Below, one piece after another: positions 37,723-47,425 of a stretch of DNA of 64,000 nucleotides. The stretch's first letter is position 1; each line of letters starts with the position of its first letter. Made by a program: the position numbers and the translations under genes. The stretch is taken from NCBI GenBank assembly GCA_040755995.1, contig JBFMAF010000020.1, forward strand, positions 128,001-192,000. Direction: 5' to 3'. This DNA is from Acidobacteriota bacterium. Lineage in GTDB: Bacteria; Acidobacteriota; CAIWXX01. A model generated the notes under the pieces. That model saw only the letters and a program-made list of their open reading frames with translations. It was not told where the DNA came from and did not search any database.

Positions 37723-39021
37723 ATGGACGCTGCTGGCAGAGGAGATATCGACGTCATCGTGGTGGGGAGCGGACCGGGGGGAGCAAGCGTGGCGAGGGAC
37801 CTGGCCCGCTGCGGACAGCGCGTCCTCATCTTGGAATGGGGTCCGGGTGGGCCGATCAGTGGCACCTTCGCGCAGTTCGCGAGGGAGTTGGCGGTTCCAG
37901 GCAAGAGCTTGCTACTGACGAGCCAGCTTCTCGGAATGGTTCGTGGTATCACCACGGGCGGCAGCTCGGTCTTCTATTACGGCACGTGCTTCCCGGTTCC
38001 GCTCGAGATGCTCGCAGCCTACGGGGTGGATCTCGCACAGGACGTCGCGGAAGTGCGCAGAGAACTTCCGGTCGGGCCCCTCAAAGACGAGATGATGACG
38101 CCGATGGCCACCCGGCTCATGGAGAGTGCGCAACGTCTCGGCTTCAAATGGCAGAAGCTCGACAAGTTCATGTACCAGGACCGGTGGAAGCCCGAGTACC
38201 GCTTCGGCTACTACGGCGACCTGCACGGCGTGAAATGGAGCGCCCGCATGTACGCCGAGGAAGCGGTGGCGCACGGCGCGGTCCTCGTCAACGGCGCGAA
38301 GGTGGAATGCGTGATCGTCGAAAACGGGGTGGCCACCGGGGTCGAGTATCGGAAAGACGGTGGCCGATGCACGGCATCCGCGCCTGTCGTCGTGGTGTCA
38401 GCCGGCGGAATCGGCTCACCTCTGATTCTGCGCAACAGCGGCATTCGTGAGGCGGGCTACGATTTCTTCTTCGATCCGCTGATCACGGTGTGCGGGACGA
38501 TCAAGGACGTGACGCTGCATCACAACGAGATTCCCATGTCCGCCGGGGTCTTGATGAAGGACGAGGGGTACGTGATGACCGACATGGCCCTGCCACCTTC
38601 GAACCACGTGGCCCTTACCGCGCAGGTCCTGCGCTTCGACAAGCTCATCGCCTTCCGTCACACGGCGCGCATCATGATCAAGGTGAAGGACCGGCTGAGC
38701 GGCCATCTCACCGCCCGGGGCGGCGTGCGCAAGAAGCTCGCCGGTGAAGACGCCGGCAAGCTGTTGCATGGGTACGCCAACGCCAGGCGCATCCTTCGGG
38801 AGGCGGGCGCCCGGGACATTTACAAGACGTGGTACCTCGCGGCGCACCCGGGCGGAACCGTCAAGATCGGTCAGCTGGTCGACGCCAACCTGCAGACGCG
38901 GTACCGCAACCTGTACGTCTGCGATTGCTCTGTCATCCCCGAAGCCTGGGGACTGCCGCCGGTCCTCACCCTCGTGAGCCTGGGCAAGCGGCTGGCACGA
39001 CATCTTGCGGGCGAACGGTAG
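37723..39021 (+). CDS. GMC-family FAD oxidoreductase
   Basis: GGGAGG RBS; DVIVVGSGPGG, GGSS, VVSAGGIGSP, AHPGGT, NLYVCDCSVIP, PVLTL. Confidence 0.9.
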   Translation: MDAAGRGDIDVIVVGSGPGGASVARDLARCGQRVLILEWGPGGPISGTFAQFARELAVPGKSLLLTSQLLGMVRGITTGGSSVFYYGTCFPVPLEMLAAYGVDLAQDVAEVRRELPVGPLKDEMMTPMATRLMESAQRLGFKWQKLDKFMYQDRWKPEYRFGYYGDLHGVKWSARMYAEEAVAHGAVLVNGAKVECVIVENGVATGVEYRKDGGRCTASAPVVVVSAGGIGSPLILRNSGIREAGYDFFFDPLITVCGTIKDVTLHHNEIPMSAGVLMKDEGYVMTDMALPPSNHVALTAQVLRFDKLIAFRHTARIMIKVKDRLSGHLTARGGVRKKLAGEDAGKLLHGYANARRILREAGARDIYKTWYLAAHPGGTVKIGQLVDANLQTRYRNLYVCDCSVIPEAWGLPPVLTLVSLGKRLARHLAGER

Positions 39022-39319
39022 CTAGTAGGAACGAGCAGCGAGGACAACGTGACGCCGCGCGCACAGCGCTGGACTCGATCAAGCTGTGGAGCATGAAACC
39101 TGCCCTCGCGACGCTGAACAAGAAACATTACCCGTGACCGATGTGCGAGTTCTGGTGCCATACGAGAGGCCGCCGGGGCGTAGGTGAGGGATGCCGTTCT
39201 GGCGCGCCACCGTGCAAGCATCCTGATCTAAGGAAAGGTGCTTCATGCCCGTCACCATTCCTCCCGCCGAGGCTCTCCTGGGAGCGCGCTGTGAGGGGCT
39301 TGCGCTTGGGGTTGTACTT

Positions 39320-39433
39320 CATGGCGAGCAGCGCCTGGTTCGAACAGATGTGGCTCGTGGCGTTTTCTCGAGCGACATGCTGCTCGCGGCCCTCCTTCAC
39401 CAGCGCCAGCGCCTTCCGCCCCTTCAGATCGTC
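39320..39433 (-). pseudogene. gcvPA: Short internal fragment of glycine decarboxylase P-protein subunit 1
   Basis: REQHVARENATSHICSNQALLA matches the conserved REQHIRREKATSNICxNQAL motif; no further homology on either side. Confidence 0.65.
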
Positions 39434-39501
39434 GCTGCATGCAGCACGCAGCAAAACACCGCTGGCTCTGGCTGTGTCAGGGCATACTGCGTTTCGGATT
39501 C

Positions 39502-39530
39502 TTGACATCACAGAGCATATCCGATAGTAT
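39502..39530 (+). promoter_or_regulatory. sigma70 promoter of vapBC, probably leaderless
   Basis: TTGACA-N17-TAGTAT with the ATG 7 nt after the -10 and no SD; a CATA-N8-TATG inverted repeat overlaps the -10. Confidence 0.7.
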
Positions 39531-39537
39531 GTTTTGT

Positions 39538-39747
39538 ATGCGAACTACGTTGGATCTGCCGGAAGAACTCGTCGAGGAAGCTCGCCGGGCATTGGGGTTC
39601 AAATCCAAGACTGATACTGTCATCCTGTCGTTGCAGGAGCTGATTCGCCGGGGCCGCATCACTGAGTTGAAGAAGATCATGGGATCGGTCCGCCTCGAGC
39701 TTGACCTCGACAGGAGCCGGCGACGACCAGGCCGATCAACCCGGTGA
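39538..39747 (+). CDS. vapB: VapB-family antitoxin
   Basis: [36 protein letters not shown]; overlaps the PIN toxin start. Confidence 0.88.
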   Translation: MRTTLDLPEELVEEARRALGFKSKTDTVILSLQELIRRGRITELKKIMGSVRLELDLDRSRRRPGRSTR

Positions 39748-40130
39748 TCGTCGTCGACACATCGGTGTGGGGAGCGGCCCTGCGTCGCGGGCAAGGGCCG
39801 GAGGCCCGTCACCTCACGGGACTACTCGATTCTGATCTCGTTGCGCTCGCCGCCCCCGTCAGGATAGAGATCCTTGCAGGTGCATCACAGGAGGACCGCT
39901 CGCGACTCCGCCGCGTCTTGTCGGCACTTCCGGTTCTCTATCCGAAGGAATCTACCTGGACACTAATCGATGAGTGGGTTGACCGCGCGGCAGCGGCTGG
40001 AGAGCGATTCGGTTTTGCCGACCTGCTCATCGCCGCGATCACAGCTGAGAGCGGAGCGGAGATCTGGTCTCTGGACTCGGACTTCGAGCGAATGGTGCGA
40101 CTCGGGTTCTTGCATCGTCACCGGGCGTGA
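39744..40130 (+). CDS. vapC: VapC PIN-domain ribonuclease toxin
   Basis: [28 protein letters not shown]. Confidence 0.9.
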   Translation: MIVVDTSVWGAALRRGQGPEARHLTGLLDSDLVALAAPVRIEILAGASQEDRSRLRRVLSALPVLYPKESTWTLIDEWVDRAAAAGERFGFADLLIAAITAESGAEIWSLDSDFERMVRLGFLHRHRA

Positions 40131-40493
40131 GTGAGGCCGCGAGCTGCTGCCTCGTGCTTACAACACGTGTATGCAGTCGATCACCGACTGAGGGTATCTC
40201 GACTCCGTCAGCGTTTGTATGGCAGGGCAGATGTGCGCGGGACCGCGAAAAGCGTGCTGACTTGGAGGAGGTGCACCATTATTTCGAATCGAGGATTGCG
40301 AAGGGCTGTCCTGTTGGGCGCAGGCTTGATACAACTGGCGGTGCTGCCGACGGCGAGAGCAGGGTCGAACGGGGATCAGTGGATCGGTTCGCCCGATACA
40401 CCCAACTTCGCATACGTAATGGGCACCGGCTACTACGAGCCGCCGGAGGTTCCGATGCCCGAATCCCTTGTCGACGTTCTCGAACAGCGCCAT

Positions 40494-40943
40494 CTATGCA
40501 GCGTCGAGCTCATCAAGAACGATCACCTTCAGCTCGCTGACGCGCTTCATAGTGGGATCATTGGTCAACAGGGCGTCGCAACCCGCCGCGAGCGCGGTCG
40601 CGCCTTGAAAGGCATCCGCCAATGTCAGGTTGTGACGCGCCCGCAGTTCGGCCGCGCGTGCTGAAACATGCTCATCGATCCGTTGGAACGACGTGTTGTC
40701 TCCGTTGACGATCAGGTCCGAGAAAGCCCGAGTCGCCTCTTCATTTCGGAGCCGGAGCGGGTGGACCAGGCATTCAGCGAGCGTGACGGGCGAGGTGACG
40801 GCCTGTAGGGCGCCCGAATCGATGCGCTCGAATACATGCGTTACGATCGGGAGGTACAGCAGGTTCTTCTCGACAAAGTAGATGACGGGCGCCGTGTCCA
40901 GAAAGACGAGGCGCACACCTTGCGGACACTCGACGAGTGTCAT
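40494..40943 (-). CDS. vapC: VapC PIN-domain toxin
   Basis: VFLDTAPVIYF, TLAECL, LADAFQ.ATA, LLTND; ATGA overlap with the upstream antitoxin. Confidence 0.9.
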   Translation of the reverse strand: MTLVECPQGVRLVFLDTAPVIYFVEKNLLYLPIVTHVFERIDSGALQAVTSPVTLAECLVHPLRLRNEEATRAFSDLIVNGDNTSFQRIDEHVSARAAELRARHNLTLADAFQGATALAAGCDALLTNDPTMKRVSELKVIVLDELDAA

Positions 40944-41194
40944 CCCGTGCGCCTCAGATGGCCTTCCCGTTGTATGTCCGAATCGCGGCGCATGCGAGAT
41001 ACCCACGCCTGCGCGTCTTCTCCCGTCAAGGGGCAAGGGACGATCCCTGCGATCTCCATCCACTTCCGGCGCGGTCTCGAAGGCTCATCCGCGCGGCTGA
41101 CCTCCTCGACCAGATGCGCCGCGAGACGGAGCTTCTCTCGCGGTGGCAAAGCACTTGCCTGAGCGATCAGGTCGTCGAGCAAGGTGGATGCCAT
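40940..41194 (-). CDS. Putative antitoxin of the PIN toxin; direct repeat C, copy 1
   Basis: 84 aa, upstream of and coupled to vapC; TTGCCG-N16-TATAAT promoter and AAGGAGG RBS; paralogue at 46960-47214. Confidence 0.75.
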   Translation of the reverse strand: MASTLLDDLIAQASALPPREKLRLAAHLVEEVSRADEPSRPRRKWMEIAGIVPCPLTGEDAQAWVSRMRRDSDIQREGHLRRTG

Positions 41195-41297
41195 GCCGCC
41201 TCCTTGGCCCGATTATACACGGCCCGGTCTCACCGGCAAGGGCGCCGCCGCGGTCAGACAATGTGGCGAGGTAAGTTTCCTAATTGGGAACCGAGGT

Positions 41298-41490
41298 TCA
41301 CGGCCAGAGTTTCTTGTCGACCTTCTCGAGCACTGAGATCGACTTGTTGAACCTGGTCGCCTCAGTCTTGGTCCAAGTTCCGAAAAGGTGATCCAGTGAG
41401 TCACCGATCGTGTCCGCATGAATCCCTGGGCCTGCAATGCCCGCACCCTTCTTCATGAGCGGGATCGCAGCCTGATTGAGCGATCGACGG
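41298..41490 (-). pseudogene. C-terminal fragment of a VapB-type antitoxin
   Basis: SLNQAA..LMKKGAG...IGDSLDHLFGTWT..EA..F...EKVDKKLWP pattern; N-terminal DNA-binding strand and cognate toxin absent. Confidence 0.5.
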
Positions 41491-41513
41491 GCGTGGCGAT
41501 TCAAGACTGGGCG

Positions 41514-41763
41514 CTAATCGCGGAAACTTCGCATATCGCGGACGCCGGCGGTGATTCGCAGTATGTCCATCTCCGCGCCGCCGGCAATCCGATGCACAGT
41601 GAACCGCTTCGACGGCAGCTCCAGGACGCCGAACGTCGCACTGCTGTAAACCGATTCCCAACGCGGGACATCCCGGAGGACGCTCCCTGGATTCACAATC
41701 AGCCCCTCGCCCATCGCATGAAGGGCGAAGGGTACATGTCTGTGTCCCACGATGAGCACAGCG
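41514..41763 (-). pseudogene. Metallophosphoesterase 3' fragment; direct repeat B, copy 2
   Basis: Colinear diverged copy of 37409-37658. Confidence 0.7.
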
Positions 41764-41946
41764 TCGGGCGCTCGCCAGCCGGATGCTCGAAGCGTCAGGG
41801 CCACTGGCGCCAACAAGAAAAGACCGGGAGCCGTCGGAAAAACAGGCACCTGCTTTGTATACTATAGGTAAGCGAATAGGGATCCCAATCGGAGCTGGGC
41901 GCACTCGTAGTGTCTGCACTCGCGGGCACGGAAAGGAGAGGAAACC

Positions 41947-42174
41947 ATGCACCCTGGTTGGTCGATAGATCCGAATGCGGAGTGTTACCTGCCGCCAGGT
42001 GCCACGCATCACCTGGCCAGGATGTTGGAGTCCGGGCCGGATCGGTTTGACGAGATCCACGGAATACGCCGCCCGCGGTGGTTCGAATTCTGGAAGAAGC
42101 GGAAATGGGAGGCGCTCGTGGAGGAGTTGAAGAGTGATATCCGGGAGATCCTGCAGCGAAACGCCGCAGGATAG
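41947..42174 (+). CDS. Small hypothetical protein (possibly a remnant)
   Basis: Strong AAGGAGAGG RBS; 75 aa with RPRWFEFWK; no recognised domain. Confidence 0.4.
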   Translation: MHPGWSIDPNAECYLPPGATHHLARMLESGPDRFDEIHGIRRPRWFEFWKKRKWEALVEELKSDIREILQRNAAG

Positions 42175-42273
42175 CCCAGCTCGCAGCTGTGGACTGGACC
42201 CATCGGGTAGATTCAGGCTGGATGACGGTTCCTTTGCTCCCTCACCACGTAGACACTGCGCGCCGTCGGCCGA

Positions 42274-42750
42274 TCAGCAATTACCGGGGGCTGCCGACCC
42301 CCTTGCGACACGAATCGCCAATAGGATCGCCCGATGCAGGGACTCGAACCCATGACCTGGGCAGGATACCCACGGTCTTCCAGCTTCGCTCGCCGCGCGC
42401 CGGAGAAACCGCCCCAGGCCGGTCCTCACGAAGCGCATCAACACCAGGACATCGGATTGCCGAATCCGAGTCTCACACCCCTGTCTGAGCCTCCCCCAAC
42501 TACTGCCCCAGCCGGGGAAGATGAACTCAAGACTACAACCCGGCTCCTCTGCGGCGATCGCCGTGCGAAGATCGTCACCATAGGCAGCTTGCGTCTCGTT
42601 ACCCCCGATGAACAACACCCGGACTGGCATTGTTCGAACAGCCGAGGGAGCGCTAGGCGCAGCCTCCGTCGAACACGCCGCTACCAGAAGACGACGTCTT
42701 AGCGCCTCGATCGATTCCTTCGACTCCCCAAGGTGCTCCAGACGTAGCAC
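42274..42750 (-). pseudogene. C-terminal fragment with DUF2325-like Rossmannoid domain
   Basis: VRVLFIGGNE...SDVLVLMRFVRT.L...RRAA...RPWV; its 5' end abuts the boundary of repeat A copy 2 (42757). Confidence 0.5.
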
Positions 42751-42756
42751 GATTTC

Positions 42757-43253
42757 TGCAGAGCGTGCAGGCGATGCCGGAAGTCGGCCAGTCGGCGACG
42801 TTCTCCGCGATCTTCCAGGCGGCGATGCCGCACTTGACCGAGTGGAAGAGCTACGCGGCCTTCGCCCTGCACGTCGACCGGATCATGGTGCAGCTGGCGC
42901 TGATCACCGCAGCGAAGGCCATGGGAGAACCAGCGTAGCGGAAGATTCGACGGCGGGCCGGGGACCGGGTGACGCCGAGGTTGTCTACTCGCGCGGCCGA
43001 CTGATGACGTGAAACGCTGACGCCGGCTAGCGCGACCTTCGCGAGTAGTTCCGGATGGCCCTGTCGGTGCGACCTTCGAGCCCGTGTGGCGCGATCCGGC
43101 CGCACTCGCCGGTCCCAGCCTGCGGAGCGCACAGAGACAGGCACTTCTGGCTCCTGTTTCTGGTCTTCACGCAGCCTGATGGTCTCCCGGCCAGTCTGAC
43201 TTGTCGGCGCTGTTTCATCAATCCCTCCTCCAAGCCACTGACTATATCAGATC
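42757..43253 (+). repeat. Direct repeat A, copy 2 (Csm2-like 3' remnant + intact small Cys-rich gene)
   Basis: Colinear with 36881-37380. Confidence 0.92.
43027..43218 (-). CDS. 63-aa basic Cys-rich small protein, copy 2
   Basis: Same length, RBS and -10 as 37154-37345; all Cys/His kept, six mostly conservative substitutions. Confidence 0.7.
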   Translation of the reverse strand: MKQRRQVRLAGRPSGCVKTRNRSQKCLSLCAPQAGTGECGRIAPHGLEGRTDRAIRNYSRRSR

Positions 43254-43435
43254 GCCCTGCGTCTTTCTGGGGCATGTGGGGAGGGGTATCTTGGTGTCTC
43301 TGCATCTGCCCTGCCAAGACGGCTGTTCGTTGACATGGCGACCGTCTCGGCCTACATTCTGGTGGCGCTGCACAGGGTCGGGCTCATCGAAGACGAGCTC
43401 GAGCAGCTCAAGGGGGTGCGAGACAACTGCCGACC

Positions 43436-44427
43436 ATGCACATCTCGATCCGGGTGCCCTGGCACGACGACCGGTGGTCAGGAAAGGTGTGTCGACGACC
43501 ACGCGAGAACATCGAGTGCCTCGCCTTGCGAAGGATTGTAGATAGAAAGAACGACGACCAGGAAGAACAATGCGCCGAGATCGGGATGGGCGAACTCGAT
43601 GAGCAGAAGCGCCCCCCCTGCGCCACGGAGCGCGCATTCTTCATGGCGGACTTCGAATTGGAGAGGTTGGCAACCCATCCCTACAAGGGGAAGAACCCCC
43701 TTTACGACGCTTTTCTCCCCACTCCGTTTAAGCATCCGGCTTATTCGGCCGCATGCATTCCCTTCCGCTGGATGCTGACCGAGCAGGTCACAGGGGATGA
43801 GCGGAAACGGATCAAGAGCCTCGCCGAATCACTCCGCCTCGGATACGACTCGCATAGAGAACCAAAGCTCGACAGAGAAACCGACTGGGTACAGGAGTTC
43901 CAGAATCAGCGCTGCCTGCTCGATACCTGCTTCAGTGGAATCGAGCCAGATGAGTCTCTGTGTTTCTTCTACGCCAAGAGCACGCCGATGTCCAAATCCA
44001 ACCGACGAGTCATTGTAGGAGTAGGCAGGGGCCGACCCAAGGAGAATGCGCGCCTTTGTCACTGCCGCGCTCGAGAACGCTGCGGACAGAGGACACACTC
44101 TACTGCCGAGGGACCTAGTTATCGATGCCGTTCAGGAACGCGAGGCTTGCCCGAAAGTGCCATGCACGAGGGACGTACTGGCTGCCGCCGAGGAGACCTT
44201 CGATCCGGCAGTGCTCATCATTAACCGAGATGGAGGCGAATCGTTCTACCAATTGGACCGATTCGTGGCGACACGGCGATTGATAGCGACCGAGGTCGAG
44301 AAGCGACTGAAAGGCAAGCGGCACGAGAGGGACCTCCCCTGGCACGACATGGTTAGCCAGTCATTGCCTGCGTTGCCTGACGAAAAGACAGAACGCGCCA
44401 TCGAGAAGAAGGCCCGAGAGGAGAAGG
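43436..44427 (+). pseudogene. Remnant of a large RecD-like (SF1B) helicase gene: two fused fragments, truncated before Walker A
   Basis: HISIRVPWHD..W.G.VC..P..N..C...SLCFFYAK...RVIVGVG (43436-~44030) joined out of frame to DPRRMRAFV..LE.AA..GHTLLP...KAREEK (~44033-44427). Recognised by eye; no P-loop follows. Confidence 0.6.
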
Positions 44428-44856
44428 ATGCGCATCTGCGGGCTGGCTTCATTCAAACGCTGGGCTCAGAGCTTCGGAGGTGATGTGGAAGTGATCAAGC
44501 CGGCGTAGGACAGGGCGAGGGACTCCGCGAGCGCCACGCCGCTACGACTTCTTCCCTTCCTTGCAGGAATCCCCCCGGTTCCTCTTGTTCCTGCTTGAGA
44601 ACAATGGAAATGAACCTGTGCTTGGAGTAGCATGCGGGCAGGTGACACCGATGGAAGTCTGCCACTGGAAATGCAGGGCGCCCGGGAATCGCACAGCCAC
44701 GCTGTCGATTGAGGAACGGGAGCGAGACCGTACTCGACTGCTCCACAGCAGGCCTCCGGAAGCGAGGCATTATCACGCGCGCACCGTACTGCCGCTACAT
44801 CCAGGCCCGTCGGGCTGACCACTGCAAAGGCAATGGCACCACAGGAGAGAGAGCAC

Positions 44857-46005
44857 ATGACAGATGAAACAACGCTCGTCGTGCGCAACTTCGCGCAGAT
44901 CGAAGAGGTGAACCTCAGCTTCGGGGACTTGTCTGTGCTCGTGGGAGCCCAGGCGACGGGGAAGAGCTTGGCGCTGCAGTGGATGAAGACCGCGATCGAC
45001 GGCCGGCAGATCGTCTCTGCACTGCGCGATGCGGGGCAGGATGTAAGAGATCCCAAAGTTCTTGTCGACTTGATCTTCGGGGTCGGCATGGCTGCCGCCT
45101 GGCGCAGCGATTCCAAGGTGATCTTCAACGGCAATGAAATACGGCCTGCAGAGATCCACAAGATCGGCAACGGTAAAGAAAAGGCCTTTTTCATACCGGC
45201 CCACCGATCGATTCTCATCAGCGACGGGTGGGCGGCACCTTTCCAGAAGCTCACCTCGGATACGCCGGTCGTCGCGAGGATTTTTAGCCAGAATCTCTTT
45301 GAGCGCTTCAGTGCTCGTGGCAGCGGCGATCTGTTCCCGCTTCCACGGGTGCTGAAAGGGCAATACCGCGAGATCATCGATTCAGCCGTATTTCACGGGG
45401 GTGTGATCGGCCTTGAACAGGACCGGCAGCACGCAAAGCGCCTGAGGCTGAAGTATGGCGAATCTCAGCTTCCATTCATGACGTGGACCGCTGGACAGCG
45501 CGAGTTCACTCCGCTGCTTCTCGGGCTTTACCACCTGCTTCCACCAAGGCGACTCGTGAAGCAGCCCGAGATCGATTGGGTGATAATCGAGGAACCGGAG
45601 TTGGGGCTCCATCCGGAGGCTGTGACAGCGTTCCTGCTTCTCACGCTCGATCTCCTGTGGCGTGGCTACAGGGTGGTGCTCTCCACTCACTCGCCGCACG
45701 TGCTGACGGCGATTTGGATGCTTAGGAGGCTCCGGCAGCATAACGCGCGTTGGCAGTTGCTCTGCGATGCGTTCGATGTGCGACGATCTCAGGACTTCCA
45801 GAAGGTCGCGGAGGCCGCGCTTCACAAGAGCTACCGCGTCCATCTGCTGGAGTTCGGTCCGGACGGCAAAGTGCGATCCTCAGACATCTCCAACCTCGAC
45901 CCTGAAGCTAGCGATGAAGGCGAATCCGGCTGGGGCGGGCTGACGGGCTTCAGCTCGCGCTTCGGCGATGCCGTACGAAAGGCCGTAAACGAGAGCGGCC
46001 GATGA
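44857..46005 (+). CDS. Soluble ABC-type ATPase (AAA_15/AAA_21, OLD/AbiEii-like clade)
   Basis: VRNFAQI, Walker A GAQATGKS, FIPAHRS, signature WTAGQRE, Walker B/D-loop IIEEPELGLHP, H-loop LSTHSP; no permease nearby. Confidence 0.88.
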   Translation: MTDETTLVVRNFAQIEEVNLSFGDLSVLVGAQATGKSLALQWMKTAIDGRQIVSALRDAGQDVRDPKVLVDLIFGVGMAAAWRSDSKVIFNGNEIRPAEIHKIGNGKEKAFFIPAHRSILISDGWAAPFQKLTSDTPVVARIFSQNLFERFSARGSGDLFPLPRVLKGQYREIIDSAVFHGGVIGLEQDRQHAKRLRLKYGESQLPFMTWTAGQREFTPLLLGLYHLLPPRRLVKQPEIDWVIIEEPELGLHPEAVTAFLLLTLDLLWRGYRVVLSTHSPHVLTAIWMLRRLRQHNARWQLLCDAFDVRRSQDFQKVAEAALHKSYRVHLLEFGPDGKVRSSDISNLDPEASDEGESGWGGLTGFSSRFGDAVRKAVNESGR

Positions 46006-46559
46006 AGCCGGACCGCAGGAGGCGCGTGCAGCAAACACCGATCCGCGCCGCTCTGACCACGACCTCAGGCTTGAGGTCCCAGGTCCGAGACTATCTTGGG
46101 GCGATGAAACATGCCCATCTCGCCCATGTTGACATGTCCCTGCGAACGGAATTCGCGGACAGCATGAACCTCGACGAAGCTATGCGACGCGGACACAGCA
46201 GGGAGAGCCGGTGGGACTACCTGCTTGGTCACGAGCCCTCCACCCTCGTCATCGGCCTCGAACCGCACTCCGCGGCCACACGTCAAATCTCTACGGTCAT
46301 CGCGAAGCGCAAGGCTGCTTGGCGCCAGCTCAGGCCACACCTCAAACCCGGCGCAACCGTAGCCGCGTGGCTGTGGGTCGCATCGGGCGAGGTCCATTTC
46401 GCGGACACGGAAAAGGCTCGGCGGCAGCTCGACCAGCATGGCATCCAGTTCGTCGGCAGGACCTTGCAGCGAAAGCATATACCTCGCCCCGCCGGAGGAA
46501 AGGCAAGGACCACTGCCCCTACTAGTCGCGAATGCCCTCGTCCTTGCTGCACCGTATGA
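46002..46559 (+). CDS. ATPase-coupled hypothetical protein, putative PD-(D/E)XK-like nuclease
   Basis: ATGA overlap with the ATPase; LDE...RWDYLLG...IGLEPHSA...VIAK...WLWVASG layout of acidic and basic residues. Confidence 0.55.
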   Translation: MKPDRRRRVQQTPIRAALTTTSGLRSQVRDYLGAMKHAHLAHVDMSLRTEFADSMNLDEAMRRGHSRESRWDYLLGHEPSTLVIGLEPHSAATRQISTVIAKRKAAWRQLRPHLKPGATVAAWLWVASGEVHFADTEKARRQLDQHGIQFVGRTLQRKHIPRPAGGKARTTAPTSRECPRPCCTV

Positions 46560-46715
46560 CGAGGTTGCCCAGCGGCCGGTTGAGCGCGTCGGCCACGCCC
46601 TCCGCCTTGCTCCTCCCCGCATCGGCCCCGAACGCGTTGACATCGACGCCGACTGGTCAATCAGAAACAAGATGCATCCGGGATTGCTGCGACTGATCTC
46701 TGCTGCGTATGCCAT
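46522..46715 (-). pseudogene. 5' remnant of a TerY-like VWA protein
   Basis: MAYAAEISRSNPGCILFLIDQSASM (MIDAS DxSxS), then a frameshift to ...KAEGVADALNR..NLVIRCSKDEGIRD*; truncated. Confidence 0.7.
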
Positions 46716-46959
46716 GGTCATTTCCTCCCTTGTCTTCCATGCGTCCACAGACAATGTCGACCGTGGCGCGACAAGATTCTTGCCGCGGCTGCCAAACCGT
46801 GTGAATGAAGAAGCGATCTACAGCGGATGATCGATGGACCGATTGTCGGGTCTGTCGTCATTTATCATGCCAAATGACGACGGCGCCGTCAGGCCGGCTG
46901 CACCGACAGCACGGCTGCACAGGCGATGGAGATCTGCCGGGCAGAACAGTCGAGGAGCG

Positions 46960-47214
46960 TTATCCCGCTCGATTCAAGCGACCTTCGCGCTCTGTGTCCG
47001 AGTCGCGCCGCGTGCGAGATACCCACGCCTGGGCGTCTTCCCCTGCCAAAGGACAGGGGACGATGCCTGAGATCTCCAGCCACTTCCGGCGCGGGCTCGA
47101 CCGCTCATGCGCCCGGTTGGCCTCCTGGATCAGATGCACCGCGAAACGCAGCTTCTCCTGTGTTGACAGGCCATTGGCCCGCGAGATCAGGTCGTCAAGC
47201 AAAGTGGATGGCAT
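46960..47214 (-). CDS. Orphan antitoxin; direct repeat C, copy 2
   Basis: 84-aa paralogue of 40940-41194 with a conserved promoter (TTGCCC-N16-TATGAT); downstream toxin lost. Confidence 0.7.
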   Translation of the reverse strand: MPSTLLDDLISRANGLSTQEKLRFAVHLIQEANRAHERSSPRRKWLEISGIVPCPLAGEDAQAWVSRTRRDSDTEREGRLNRAG

Positions 47215-47425
47215 CTCGCCTCGCTAATTCCATCATACACGGCCCCATCTCACGGGCAAGGACGTTGCACCAGAGTCTCTCACGATGCGGAACCAAGACT
47301 CGCCCGATTGCTCAAGGGTCAGGCTCGCGCCAACATAGCGCACAGGGGTACTGAGGCCAACCAGGTTCAATGGCTCGCGCGATGAATGTGCGAGATCCCG
47401 CCGGATAGTTGCGGGACCGCCCTGG

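Noticed and set aside
40130..40490. Possible degraded gene(s) between the convergent vapC genes
   Set aside because: Short coding-looking stretches in different frames; no family could be assigned with confidence.
42329..42360. tRNA 3'-half/att-like sequence (GGGTTCGAGTCCC on the minus strand)
   Set aside because: The T-stem pairs over only 3 bp, there is no cloverleaf or CCA, and it lies within a coding frame (PGHGFESLHR).
43260..43430. Possible Abi-C-like C-terminal remnant upstream of the helicase fragment
   Set aside because: The resemblance is short and needs frameshifts; not supportable by eye.
36625..47260. CRISPR array or cas operon near the Csm2-like gene
   Set aside because: No regularly spaced short repeats and no cas1, cas10 or RAMP-like ORFs were seen.
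37400..47300. Integron cassette array or prophage explaining the mosaic region
   Set aside because: No integrase, attC-like repeats or phage genes; genes lie on both strands and many are truncated.
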